53,133 nt of DNA from a virus (lineage: Duplodnaviria; Caudoviricetes). The DNA lies in the IMG/VR virus record IMGVR_UViG_3300032116_000282, positions 1-53,133 of that record; one strand, 5' to 3'. How positions within the stretch are numbered: the first letter of the stretch is position 1; each line of letters begins with the position of its first letter. The position numbers and the translations under genes are program-made. Below, piece by piece: positions 44,717-53,133 of this stretch. Below the pieces are notes generated by a model, which did not search any database, was not told where the DNA came from, and saw only the letters and a list, made by a program, of their open reading frames with translations.

Positions 44717-45771
44717 TATTGGTAGTCCTGTGAGAGTTCTTTGAAGAATTGGTCAACTGGGATTAAGTCGGAGAAATTGGTGTTACCGACGAGGTAGCTC
44801 CAATAGTCCTTCTTGAATTTGCTAGTTCGAGCAGGGTCGAATACTCGAAGCGGCTTTTTGTGAAACATATGATTGTAACAATCTGGGTTCATTGGATCGA
44901 ATGAATCAGAGAGTGTGTATTCATACATATAACAAATTGCGTCAATGATGGGGTTGATTGTTTCAGCAAACATCAGTTGGATTTTTTCCATTGAATGTTT
45001 GAATATGTACTGGTCAACCCACAAAAACGATTTCTGGGAGACTGGATAGTCTCCGTAATGATGCTTGAGATAAAGTCTTTCTATATATGCTTTGTTTCTT
45101 TCTCCAGCTTGTCTTGCTGGACAGTTCCATTGAAGTTCAGGGATTTTGATGTTATCGTATACGACCGTATCACAAGATACAGATTGGTTAAGTGCGTATA
45201 GATAAATGTTGAGTTGTAAATCAAGATGAATCTCGGATCGAAATAGGTGTCGATCGTAAGATTCTTTTGATTTGTGTTCTATCATGATTGTAGCAGCATC
45301 ATGAAGATAATTTGTATCTGTCAAATGAGATGATACTCTAGTACCAACTCCGTCCATCTTACCTTTCAATTTGATTAGATGGTTCTTGGTTCTGTGATCA
45401 ACAGCAAATTCTTGTTCTGTTGCAATCGAGTAGTTAGTTTTGTATTTGTCGGGATACAAGTCTAACATCAATCGGACAGAATGTAAAGTTGTTGCATCAA
45501 TATTAAGGTATCGACGTTCTTCTTCAGCTAGAACATCAAGGAGCCTCGCCCGCTTTATTTCTGGGAGGGAGGTTACACGTTCTGGTTCAGGGAGTACATG
45601 CTCTAGTCCTTTATGGAACATATTACCCCAAAGGAGGTTCTGATTTAGAACGGTTTGTTCTTCAAGTCCCAGTCCGTAGTATAGGACAAAACAGAATGGA
45701 TCTTGAAGATACTTTCCGATCATTGATTGAGTAATACCACTCTTATAGGGACCAGCCCATTTCCATTTCAT
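44716..45771 (-). CDS. PD-(D/E)XK exonuclease (RecB/Cas4-like)
   Basis: G..FH, GKMDG, IEHKS and QLNIY motifs. Confidence 0.8.
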   Translation of the reverse strand: MKWKWAGPYKSGITQSMIGKYLQDPFCFVLYYGLGLEEQTVLNQNLLWGNMFHKGLEHVLPEPERVTSLPEIKRARLLDVLAEEERRYLNIDATTLHSVRLMLDLYPDKYKTNYSIATEQEFAVDHRTKNHLIKLKGKMDGVGTRVSSHLTDTNYLHDAATIMIEHKSKESYDRHLFRSEIHLDLQLNIYLYALNQSVSCDTVVYDNIKIPELQWNCPARQAGERNKAYIERLYLKHHYGDYPVSQKSFLWVDQYIFKHSMEKIQLMFAETINPIIDAICYMYEYTLSDSFDPMNPDCYNHMFHKKPLRVFDPARTSKFKKDYWSYLVGNTNFSDLIPVDQFFKELSQDYQ

Positions 45772-45776
45772 GATGG

Positions 45777-46139
45777 TTAGTTGTACGGTCCAAGGTAATT
45801 GGGTTTATCGGGATTGGTGGTTTCAAGAGGAACTTCAATTGGTTGTTTACCATAAAACTGGTCGAGTAGATCCCGTATTGTGTTTGTTACGAGGGTTGAA
45901 GTCATGATCTCTGGAGTTAGTCGGATGGTTATGCTAGATCCGCAATGTTCTACACCATTCTTCATAAAAACACATTCATCGATTATAGCTATTGTGTTTT
46001 TATGTATCAGGGATTTTGTTAACTTTTGTCCTTCAACTCTAACAACTTGAAGAAAGTCTCGTTCAGTTGTTTGGTGGAGTGTATACGGAGTATATATAAA
46101 TTGGTTTGGTGTGGGTGGGTCTTTGTCGTTGGGAATCAT
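45777..46139 (-). CDS. Hypothetical protein
   Basis: Coupled ORF. Confidence 0.6.
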   Translation of the reverse strand: MIPNDKDPPTPNQFIYTPYTLHQTTERDFLQVVRVEGQKLTKSLIHKNTIAIIDECVFMKNGVEHCGSSITIRLTPEIMTSTLVTNTIRDLLDQFYGKQPIEVPLETTNPDKPNYLGPYN

Positions 46140-46444
46140 GATTTCTTTAGGTACTCGGTTTCTTCTTTTTTAATGAAGAACGTGGTGTTGGAGGGTTCTT
46201 GGGAAAGAGATTGTGTGAGGAATTTGAGTGCTGCAATGTATGTGTCAGATTCTACGTTGGATAACTCGTAGTCTTGAGCAAACTGTTGGTTGTTGGTGAG
46301 AACTGCTGCTCGAAGATTGATAAAGGCATATATCACATCAATTGCTGTGTCGAGGAGATGATGATGGTTTGTTGGAATGTAATCTTGTTCAATACATTCC
46401 TTGGCTACTTCCTGGGGAGGAGTAATCGGTTCTGGGTCCGTCAT
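46136..46444 (-). CDS. Hypothetical protein
   Basis: Coupled ORF. Confidence 0.6.
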   Translation of the reverse strand: MTDPEPITPPQEVAKECIEQDYIPTNHHHLLDTAIDVIYAFINLRAAVLTNNQQFAQDYELSNVESDTYIAALKFLTQSLSQEPSNTTFFIKKEETEYLKKS

Positions 46445-46447
46445 AGG

Positions 46448-47149
46448 TCAGTTGTCTTTCTGTAGTTCGAGCAGGAAGGTTTCTAGGAGACGAGCTTGGC
46501 GTTTGATTGTGAGGAGTTTGTATTCGAGTCTAGCTATTGCGGCTGGATGAGTTAAGGAGATGGAAGGGAGTTGTGTATGAAAATTGTCTCTGGCAAGAGC
46601 ACCCAAGTGTACGACAGCTTGGGGTCGATATGAGGATAGTAGTTCGGTAATGTGTGGACGACAAAGTTCCATTTCTTTTCGAGTGGGTTGTCGGTTGTGG
46701 TCGATAGCGTCGAAGTGAACACCTGGTTCTCTAAGGGCTGTAGTTGCTTCGTCGTCGGTAAATGTGTCAATTGGATCTCCGTTTTTATCGTAGAGTTGAA
46801 CGATAGTCATTGGTTGACAACAAACGAGGTTTGTTATGCAATAATTGAATGATGCTCGAACGAATGAAAAGAGGAGGTCTAGGATTCTTCCGGAAGTTCC
46901 AGTAAAGGGAATTCCAGTAGCATTTTCTGTAACTCCTGGGGCTTCACCAATAAAGAGGATTCTACTGGGGGTGGTTCCGGCAAAGGTGTGGGTTCCGTCT
47001 CTTCTAACACAGGTTCTTCGTCGTCCAACACATAATCCGCAGTTGGTACAATTTCGCCAGTCGGCATGGCCTGTATAACTATTGTAGACGAGATTTGTGC
47101 CTCGTATCGGATTCCCGATAGGATCTTGTTTAACATTTCCATCGAGCAT
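46448..47149 (-). CDS. Uracil-DNA glycosylase, family 4-like
   Basis: CTNCGLC, FIGEAPG..E..G.PF.G.SG, TNLV.C.P and HPAA motifs. Confidence 0.9.
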   Translation of the reverse strand: MLDGNVKQDPIGNPIRGTNLVYNSYTGHADWRNCTNCGLCVGRRRTCVRRDGTHTFAGTTPSRILFIGEAPGVTENATGIPFTGTSGRILDLLFSFVRASFNYCITNLVCCQPMTIVQLYDKNGDPIDTFTDDEATTALREPGVHFDAIDHNRQPTRKEMELCRPHITELLSSYRPQAVVHLGALARDNFHTQLPSISLTHPAAIARLEYKLLTIKRQARLLETFLLELQKDN

Positions 47150-47397
47150 CGTCTGTCTCCGTTGAGAATTGCGTGAAAGTTTGGAGTTGACATTCCGATT
47201 CGTTCACAGTATTGTCGGTAGTTACCTGGAGCGAGTCTGTCAATTAAGTCTTTTATGGCGTAACCTTCTCGCTGCTTCAGCAAGAGTATCTGGTCTTGTC
47301 TCGAAGGATCGTTCAGGACGATAGTTAGAGTGTCTAAACTCCGGATTGCGTCTCTCGAGAACTCGACAGATCGTTTCAATGGTGGTGGTTGGTCCAT
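46879..47397 (-). CDS. XRE-family HTH protein overlapping both neighbours
   Basis: YRQYCERIGMSTPNFHAILNGDRRCSMEMLNKI is a typical Cro/CI-type HTH; start uncertain. Confidence 0.6.
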   Translation of the reverse strand: MDQPPPLKRSVEFSRDAIRSLDTLTIVLNDPSRQDQILLLKQREGYAIKDLIDRLAPGNYRQYCERIGMSTPNFHAILNGDRRCSMEMLNKILSGIRYEAQISSTIVIQAMPTGEIVPTADYVLDDEEPVLEETEPTPLPEPPPVESSLLVKPQELQKMLLEFPLLELPEES

Positions 47398-47761
47398 CTT
47401 TTATATCCGTTGACATGAAATAAAGTATGACCCAGTTGGCGAGAATGAGATCATTGTGTTTGGTGTAGTCTCGTTTCATTCCGTGGTAGCTAGTGTGTCC
47501 AGTTCCGTATCCTTGGAGTTCGATTGCAACCTTTTCCTGGGGGAAGCAGAAGTCTATTTCCCATTTACGGATTGGTTTAGCTGGATCAATGGTTGGAAGG
47601 TGGACTGTATGATGGAATACGATTGGGTATGTGCTGTGGTTTCTCCAAAGATTATGGAAATGTTCTTCAAAGTTGCTGTCGTATAGACCCTGGCTGGATC
47701 GGAACTTCTTTTTCATTGGGTTGTACTTCCTGTTTTGATTCAAAGAACTCGTTCTGGACAC
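47240..47761 (-). CDS. Vsr/DUF559-like endonuclease
   Basis: E..F, IDFC.P..KVAIELQG...H, D..K.N and W.ILYF motifs. Confidence 0.8.
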   Translation of the reverse strand: MSRTSSLNQNRKYNPMKKKFRSSQGLYDSNFEEHFHNLWRNHSTYPIVFHHTVHLPTIDPAKPIRKWEIDFCFPQEKVAIELQGYGTGHTSYHGMKRDYTKHNDLILANWVILYFMSTDIKDGPTTTIETICRVLERRNPEFRHSNYRPERSFETRPDTLAEAARRLRHKRLN

Positions 47762-48143
47762 CCAGAAGTAAAAGTTCTTTACGTGCTTCCATTAGGCAAA
47801 ACAAGCATTTCTGGAATGCTGAGGTTATCAATACGAATGAATCAAGGCGTTGGTCATCTTCTCTTATTTCTGGGGAGACCGGGAATCCAGGGTTGGATGA
47901 GATTTGGTCTACTTTGGGGTGTGTGTATTCCATCTGAGTGAGAGTAGCACAAAGACGGATGCTGTTCTGAATGTTGGTGTAGAGTTGGCCTTCATGACTC
48001 ATATGTGAAATCCTGTCAGAAAATGAATGATGTCGTGAACGAGAGAACCGATTCCGTAGATGACGAGAAAGAGTACAATAGCAATAAGTGCTTTTGATGG
48101 TGGTGGATTTGAAGTAAAATATCTCATGAGGATTCTCTATCAC
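47667..48143 (-). CDS. Hypothetical protein
   Basis: ORF in the operon; start uncertain. Confidence 0.45.
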   Translation of the reverse strand: MIENPHEIFYFKSTTIKSTYCYCTLSRHLRNRFSRSRHHSFSDRISHMSHEGQLYTNIQNSIRLCATLTQMEYTHPKVDQISSNPGFPVSPEIREDDQRLDSFVLITSAFQKCLFCLMEARKELLLLGVQNEFFESKQEVQPNEKEVPIQPGSIRQQL

Positions 48144-49281
48144 TATTCTCTAAGTCAAAGTAATGAATACCAACTGGACAACGTGGGATACCGGATGGGA
48201 AGAATCCCTCGAATTCAATCTTGAGGAACTTCCCGATGTAGTTTTCTTTGAAACGAAGAATGTTCTGTCGTTTCTGTTTGGTTCCCTTGAAGGAACAATT
48301 GAATTCTTCTCCGTGGCTGGTCTTACAAACAAAGATTCCTTGTTGTTCAGAACCAGCAACTACGTCAATGATTTCGAATTCACTATCGATGAATTTCTTC
48401 ATCTTGAGTAGATTCTTAGATCGTTTGTTTACTTCATACGGAGCATGAAGATTACGAATAATCATCCCCTCGTATTTTTGAGAGAGGTATAATTGGAATT
48501 GGTCACTGATGATTTCATCGGTGATGTTGGCTGGATCTGGGACTATGGTCGTCTGTACGAGCTTGAACGGACACTTGTGTGAGAAGAAACGGTTCTTTTG
48601 GTACGGGTGGTTGGGTGAGGTCTTGAAGTAGATATAGGCTTCCTCCATTTCCATAACGATCCTATGTGCTTCTTCAATTCGTGCTTCGAACGGTGCTTCT
48701 GTGTCGACGACATCAAATACGTGATACTCAATTTCGAGAGATACTCGTGGGTCGGGTGTGCTACGCAGAGTGTAACTCTCAATGACATTGAAGTCTGTGT
48801 TGGGGATATAAAGCTCACCATCGAGCTTGATTCCTTCTGGAATCCGTTGGAGGTACATCTCCAAGTGAGGGCATGAGGTAATAAGTCGATTCTTGCGAGA
48901 AAGTAACCCGTCTCTTGAGAGGATACACCGTACTCCATCCAACTTAGGTTGAAAGGCATATCCCGGAAAATCTGGATTACCTTTGTACTCATGTGCGAGC
49001 ATAGGAAGCGACGGAGGGGCCGTTGGAATCGTAGAGGTATATCCCTTGCGATCTTCCTGATAACGAACTCGACTATGGAATTCTGCGATAGCTGCGTCGA
49101 TTGAGTCACAAGGTATGTCCTGATTTGCGAGAAGGGTTTCCTGGGGAGGAGATGCTGCGGATGCCATAGTCATACGCCCCCACATGATACGGACGGATGT
49201 TGGTTCTTCAATGACTTCGGCTTTCCACCAAGAGATATCATTGAAGTTGTTCAGGACATAGAGGGTCTGTTTTAACGACAT
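48124..49281 (-). CDS. ATP-dependent DNA ligase with N-terminal WGR-like segment
   Basis: KLDGVR, LDGELY, YHVFD, EGMIIR and LLKMK motifs. Confidence 0.93.
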   Translation of the reverse strand: MSLKQTLYVLNNFNDISWWKAEVIEEPTSVRIMWGRMTMASAASPPQETLLANQDIPCDSIDAAIAEFHSRVRYQEDRKGYTSTIPTAPPSLPMLAHEYKGNPDFPGYAFQPKLDGVRCILSRDGLLSRKNRLITSCPHLEMYLQRIPEGIKLDGELYIPNTDFNVIESYTLRSTPDPRVSLEIEYHVFDVVDTEAPFEARIEEAHRIVMEMEEAYIYFKTSPNHPYQKNRFFSHKCPFKLVQTTIVPDPANITDEIISDQFQLYLSQKYEGMIIRNLHAPYEVNKRSKNLLKMKKFIDSEFEIIDVVAGSEQQGIFVCKTSHGEEFNCSFKGTKQKRQNILRFKENYIGKFLKIEFEGFFPSGIPRCPVGIHYFDLENSDRESS

Positions 49282-49282
49282 G

Positions 49283-49558
49283 TTAATTGCCTTTTACTTT
49301 TTGGTTGAGATGATAGTCTACACGACTTCGGAGGACTTCGCAGAGCATTGAATCGAGCATGTGTTTGACAACAGGATCTACTCGAATGTGCTTATATCGG
49401 GCTGCTTCTTCCAATGTGAATTGGAGAGCATAGATAAGAATAGTTAGGGCTTCTGGTCCGGTAGAACCTGTGAGGGTATCGTACAGTTTTTCACATTTCT
49501 TGTTGTCGGATTCGAATAGTTGATCGAAAATTTCACCACGAATTTGTTCTGGTGTCAT
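49283..49558 (-). CDS. Hypothetical protein
   Basis: 91-aa ORF tightly packed in the operon. Confidence 0.6.
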   Translation of the reverse strand: MTPEQIRGEIFDQLFESDNKKCEKLYDTLTGSTGPEALTILIYALQFTLEEAARYKHIRVDPVVKHMLDSMLCEVLRSRVDYHLNQKVKGN

Positions 49559-49560
49559 TT

Positions 49561-51048
49561 TTACTCCGAATAAAGGTAGTACATGTCTTGTTTTGAACGT
49601 GTTTGTGCTACGAAATCCACGTTAATTTCTTGTTCTCGTTGGATTTCAGTCTTAGCTTTATTGGACGGAACGGGTGGATTTAGGATACCTACGATCTTAG
49701 ATTCGAGTCCTTTTGCCTTGTGAACGGTCGATAAACGGAGAAAATTGGTGCCTTTTGGGGGTGAAAGTAGGTCATTTATGACACTTTCGAAGTCAGAAAG
49801 TACCGTACAAGACTTCAAAACGTGTCGAATACAGTCAATTTTGTCAGAAGTTGCCTGTTGAGCCATAGCATCTCCCGATTGAAGGCATCGAGTCTCGTAT
49901 TGATCGAGTTTGTACGATAAATCGTCCAAATCTCTAGCATTTCGGTTCTTTACGGTCGAAATGAGGGATTTAGCCAAAGTATCACCTAAGGTCTTGCATG
50001 GAATGCCGTGTTTGATCAAATCTAGGGCAGTTTTGACCAAAGGAGCGTTATATCGACATACAATCAAAGGATTATGCTGTAACATCTCCTTTGCCCAAGC
50101 TGTTCTGTCAGTATAATTGATTCTTTCGATCAATCCTGGGAGTTTTCCTGGGAGGGGTCGTACCTGAGCTGTGGGTCTGATACGATTAGCGTTGTCAGCG
50201 TGGTTTGGTGGGAGTCTGAAAGAGGTTTTAAGGGTAAACTCTGCTGAGATGATCTCCCTAATGCGGTCGATGGAATACGGGTCTGCACCTGAAAAGGCGT
50301 TAATTGCTTGGTTTTCATCTCCACAAAATACCAAGTGTTCGCAGAGTTTGAGTGACAAAGCGAGTCTGGCCGGGGACAAATCTTGACATTCATCTACGAA
50401 TCCTATTGGATAGAGTGGGGTATTGAGTAGCCAAAGAGCTAGCCAAACTTGATCGATGTATGGAATACCAATACGACGGTCAACTTGTTTGGATGCTCGG
50501 ATGATTTGAGCACACTGAGACACCATTTCAGAGTGAGGCTTGAATGGTGCTAGCTCACTGTACTTCATTTGAAGAATGTAGATGTTCTCGTCCGATGCTT
50601 CAAGAAGTTCTTCCTTGAGTTTCTCTACGTATCGGAGTGAGGACAGCCAAGCAAACTTGTTCTTGTTCTGAGACATGGACTGTCCAGTGATCTTTTCAAC
50701 AAGAATTTCTCCAGCTTTCTCATTGATCGGAATAAACCCGTAGTGCTTCTTGAGAACAGTTGCTCCCCAACCGTGATGAGTTCGTACTTCACAGTCTTTA
50801 TGGATTCTTTTCTCAAGTTCTTTAACGATAGTACGGTTGTAAGCCATATAGATAGCTGGTACTGCCGTTTCTCCTTCTTTCCTGGGGAAGTTGGTTCGGC
50901 ACCAGTCATATATGATGGCTTGTTCTTCGGTGTTTTGGAATCGTTCTAACCACATGGTCGGGTTGACAGAACGGTAGTAGAGGTAAGCATCGACCAAGGT
51001 GTGGGTCTTTCCACACCCTGGTCCGGCAGATATCAGTGCATTGGTCAT
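49561..51048 (-). CDS. UvrD/Rep-like superfamily 1 helicase
   Basis: AGPGCGKT, VDECQD, GDENQAI, STVHKAKGLE and VAQTR motifs. Confidence 0.92.
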   Translation of the reverse strand: MTNALISAGPGCGKTHTLVDAYLYYRSVNPTMWLERFQNTEEQAIIYDWCRTNFPRKEGETAVPAIYMAYNRTIVKELEKRIHKDCEVRTHHGWGATVLKKHYGFIPINEKAGEILVEKITGQSMSQNKNKFAWLSSLRYVEKLKEELLEASDENIYILQMKYSELAPFKPHSEMVSQCAQIIRASKQVDRRIGIPYIDQVWLALWLLNTPLYPIGFVDECQDLSPARLALSLKLCEHLVFCGDENQAINAFSGADPYSIDRIREIISAEFTLKTSFRLPPNHADNANRIRPTAQVRPLPGKLPGLIERINYTDRTAWAKEMLQHNPLIVCRYNAPLVKTALDLIKHGIPCKTLGDTLAKSLISTVKNRNARDLDDLSYKLDQYETRCLQSGDAMAQQATSDKIDCIRHVLKSCTVLSDFESVINDLLSPPKGTNFLRLSTVHKAKGLESKIVGILNPPVPSNKAKTEIQREQEINVDFVAQTRSKQDMYYLYSE

Positions 51049-51446
51049 GAGTGGTTGAATCCTGGGACGTCTCTGTATCGATCTACTACTAGATCGAGTT
51101 TATGGAGATTGTAGAGGGCTTGGAGTCGTATTGCTGATTCTTCGGACCAGTGTTCTAGTCCTTCTTCAGCTACAATGGCTTGGTCTACGGAAATTTGGTC
51201 GGAGGGATCGTAGTAAACTGCAACTTCATGGTATGAACCAAAGTCATGAGGGAATGATTTGATTCGAAAAACCACAGATAGGTCTTGAGTGTCGGTGAGG
51301 GAGAATCTATTTCGGAGATTGTGTGTTAGATCCTGAATGTAATAACTACATTCGGTTCTTGCTATTTCACTGTACTTGGGGTGTCCGACTTGGATACAGG
51401 GTTCGTCTCCTGGAGTGCAGCCAATTGTGAAGTAATCTGTCGACAT
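51045..51446 (-). CDS. Phage hypothetical protein
   Basis: G.TP.DEPC.QVG and PHDFGSY.EV motifs; ATGA overlap with the helicase gene. Confidence 0.7.
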   Translation of the reverse strand: MSTDYFTIGCTPGDEPCIQVGHPKYSEIARTECSYYIQDLTHNLRNRFSLTDTQDLSVVFRIKSFPHDFGSYHEVAVYYDPSDQISVDQAIVAEEGLEHWSEESAIRLQALYNLHKLDLVVDRYRDVPGFNHS

Positions 51447-51640
51447 GACATTAAATCTTTCTGTATTCTGTTTGAGAGTTCATCGAATTTGTACTCATAC
51501 GTATGAGTAAACCAAAGTTCTTTGACTAGATCGAGGCAGAGTTGTGCTTCTCTGAATCTGCGATGGTTGATGAGAGACAGAATTTTATCTTTCTGTCTTA
51601 CAAGTAGAAAATCCATTTCTTCTTCAGTTAGAGTGGTCAC
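51362..51640 (-). CDS. Hypothetical protein
   Basis: AGGAG RBS before GTG start. Confidence 0.55.
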   Translation of the reverse strand: MTTLTEEEMDFLLVRQKDKILSLINHRRFREAQLCLDLVKELWFTHTYEYKFDELSNRIQKDLMSCRQITSQLAALQETNPVSKSDTPSTVK

Positions 51641-51681
51641 AGTATCTCCTTATGATATCTGTTGGTCGCGGAAAAATGTTG

Positions 51682-51706
51682 TAAGTTCTTGGGAAATAAG
51701 AACTTA
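51682..51706. promoter_or_regulatory. Perfect 9-7-9 inverted repeat TAAGTTCTT-N7-AAGAACTTA
   Basis: Read directly; related to the site at 2382. Confidence 0.55.
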
Positions 51707-51857
51707 GGAATTAGTATCATGGTGGTGATATTAAGTCGGGTTTCTAAAAAATGGGGTGGTGACTTTCACGAAGCGGAAAAGGATCATACCATGATACCAT
51801 CAAGCATAAAATATGCTATAAATCCGATACAGACACAAAATAGAATATCTATAAAAA

Positions 51858-52202
51858 TCATGGACATCCCCATTCTTTATCCAAACGGAGAATGGTGTCG
51901 AGTCTCACAAGAGGTACAGAAAGGAAGCACTTAAAGATACGATCAAACATATCTGGGAATTTACAGATAATTTCACAGAGACGGATCAGCTTCCGCAGCT
52001 TTTCTGGGTGGAGAGTGTAGAGAGTGTCCCTGTTGGGTGTAAGAGTGAATCTCTTAAACTTAGGGAGCTTAACACGGAGATACCGATAGAGGAAGGCGAG
52101 TATTCTCTCTTCGGTTCTGGCTGACCAGTTGTATACAATAGAGAAGATGGTAAGCCTGCAAGATACATAGGACCACGAACGATTGACTAAAACTTTCATC
52201 AT
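51858..52202 (-). CDS. Hypothetical basic protein
   Basis: AAGGA RBS; 114 aa. Confidence 0.55.
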   Translation of the reverse strand: MMKVLVNRSWSYVSCRLTIFSIVYNWSARTEERILAFLYRYLRVKLPKFKRFTLTPNRDTLYTLHPEKLRKLIRLCEIICKFPDMFDRIFKCFLSVPLVRLDTILRLDKEWGCP

Positions 52203-52260
52203 ACAATCCTTGAAATGAACGTCAGAACTCGTACGGAATAAATTGTAAGAACAACACGAA

Positions 52261-52539
52261 CTATGTTGTATGGTTTTTGAGAGCTTCTGCCATCTTCTTG
52301 GTTAGCTTCTCATGTTTCTTCTTTGACTTCATGAGTTTCTTTACCATAGACTTCATGGTAGCATCTTCTCTGGCCTGGATGGCCTTTTTCCTGGGGGACC
52401 AGGGATTTGGTCCTACTGTGAATGCTTTGGGTAGTCCTACTCCATCTCCATCGTACTTGGTTGGTTGATGACCTGGATCGGAATTTTGATTATCCATAAT
52501 GTTCTTTCCGTAATTCGATGTCTTGATGATCTTGACCAT
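52261..52539 (-). CDS. Hypothetical Lys-rich protein
   Basis: 92-aa ORF. Confidence 0.55.
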   Translation of the reverse strand: MVKIIKTSNYGKNIMDNQNSDPGHQPTKYDGDGVGLPKAFTVGPNPWSPRKKAIQAREDATMKSMVKKLMKSKKKHEKLTKKMAEALKNHTT

Positions 52540-52576
52540 GATACTTTCTTTCTTGATGAAAACAAAAGTTAATAAA

Positions 52577-52891
52577 TTATCTGTGACCGACTGTTTTGAT
52601 TTGAAGCATAATTGGCTCTAACAACTTGTTAGCTCGGGCCACCGCTTCTTTCTGGGGGAGGAAATCTAGCTGGAGCATAGAGAGAGTGAGAGGGGAATCG
52701 AAGAATGCCTTTCTGTAGTTGAGGGTGAAGTTGGGGATAAGTAGCTTTAGGTCTGCTGGTGACTTCATTTTGGGTCTGATAGTGTATCCCTTGTGAAATA
52801 GAATACATCCAAGAATATCGTACTGTTCACCGTCAAATAAATAAATTGAGGGGTGACGAAGTAGAATCAAGGGAATTTCGATTGTAGTCAT
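52577..52891 (-). CDS. Hypothetical protein
   Basis: First ORF after the promoter at 52976. Confidence 0.6.
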   Translation of the reverse strand: MTTIEIPLILLRHPSIYLFDGEQYDILGCILFHKGYTIRPKMKSPADLKLLIPNFTLNYRKAFFDSPLTLSMLQLDFLPQKEAVARANKLLEPIMLQIKTVGHR

Positions 52892-52975
52892 TATGAATAC
52901 ACTGTCGCAAAATGAGACGCGGCGGATCTAATGATATCACAACGCGATACCAAGATAGAACGCTCCGCCAATGTA

Positions 52976-53003
52976 ATTATATGCAAGGCAAGTAGAAAGT
53001 CAA
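52976..53003 (-). promoter_or_regulatory. Putative early promoter TTGACT-N16-TATAAT
   Basis: Near-consensus; operator-like ATATC-N7-GATAC at 52934-52950. Confidence 0.7.
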
Positions 53004-53133
53004 ACGGAATTTTTAAAATAATTTTAGGGCGGATTTAAGTGGATGAAATGCGGACCTGTGGAAGTACCGAAATTTTATAAAAAAATTTATGGGAAAGGAT
53101 GTGAATATAAAAATTAAAAATTTGAGGAAGACA

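Noticed and set aside
614-52468. Plus-strand ORFs in the track (e.g. 15823..16464, 21471..21992, 24383..24940)
   Set aside because: Antisense shadows of well-supported minus-strand genes; no motifs or RBS
290-52660. Identity of the skewed motif with E. coli Chi (GCTGGTGG) or KOPS (GGGNAGGG)
   Set aside because: Only partial resemblance; most copies match neither
1-53133. Integrase, lysogeny module or flanking host genes; alternative genetic code
   Set aside because: No tyrosine or serine recombinase motifs and no housekeeping genes recognised; long genes read through intact in the standard code

Overview
Apparently complete or near-complete ~53 kb genome of a tailed dsDNA phage with siphovirus-like morphogenesis genes. 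Essentially all credible genes are on the minus strand. In transcription order (right to left) it carries: early small genes; a replication/repair/recombination module (UvrD-type helicase, ATP-dependent ligase, Vsr/DUF559-like nuclease, XRE HTH, family-4 UDG, PD-(D/E)XK nuclease, MazG-like protein, Sak4-like ATPase, SSB-like protein, family A polymerase, primase-helicase); terminase large subunit; a late operon (S8 protease, membrane/secreted proteins, beta-helix protein, HExxH metalloprotease, a ~9 kb block of virion-accessory proteins, portal, protease-capsid fusion, neck, tail tube, chaperones, tape measure, tail tip); and a leftmost cassette with a ParB/DGQHR-like gene between palindrome arrays. 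No integrase or peptidoglycan endolysin was recognised. A Planctomycetota host is inferred from protein style only. Most notable: (1) an Erv1/ALR-type sulfhydryl oxidase fused to a glycosyltransferase-like domain, translationally coupled to a ~47-Cys tail-end protein and a CxC protein, suggesting a phage-encoded cytoplasmic disulfide-formation pathway; (2) a strand-polarised motif CTG(3-6)AG, about 47 copies on + versus 2 on - by eye; (3) the array-flanked ParB-like cassette with a tRNA-like minihelix; (4) a GTATC-N7-GATAC operator set beside three matching promoters. All assignments come from reading motifs by eye; no database searches were run.
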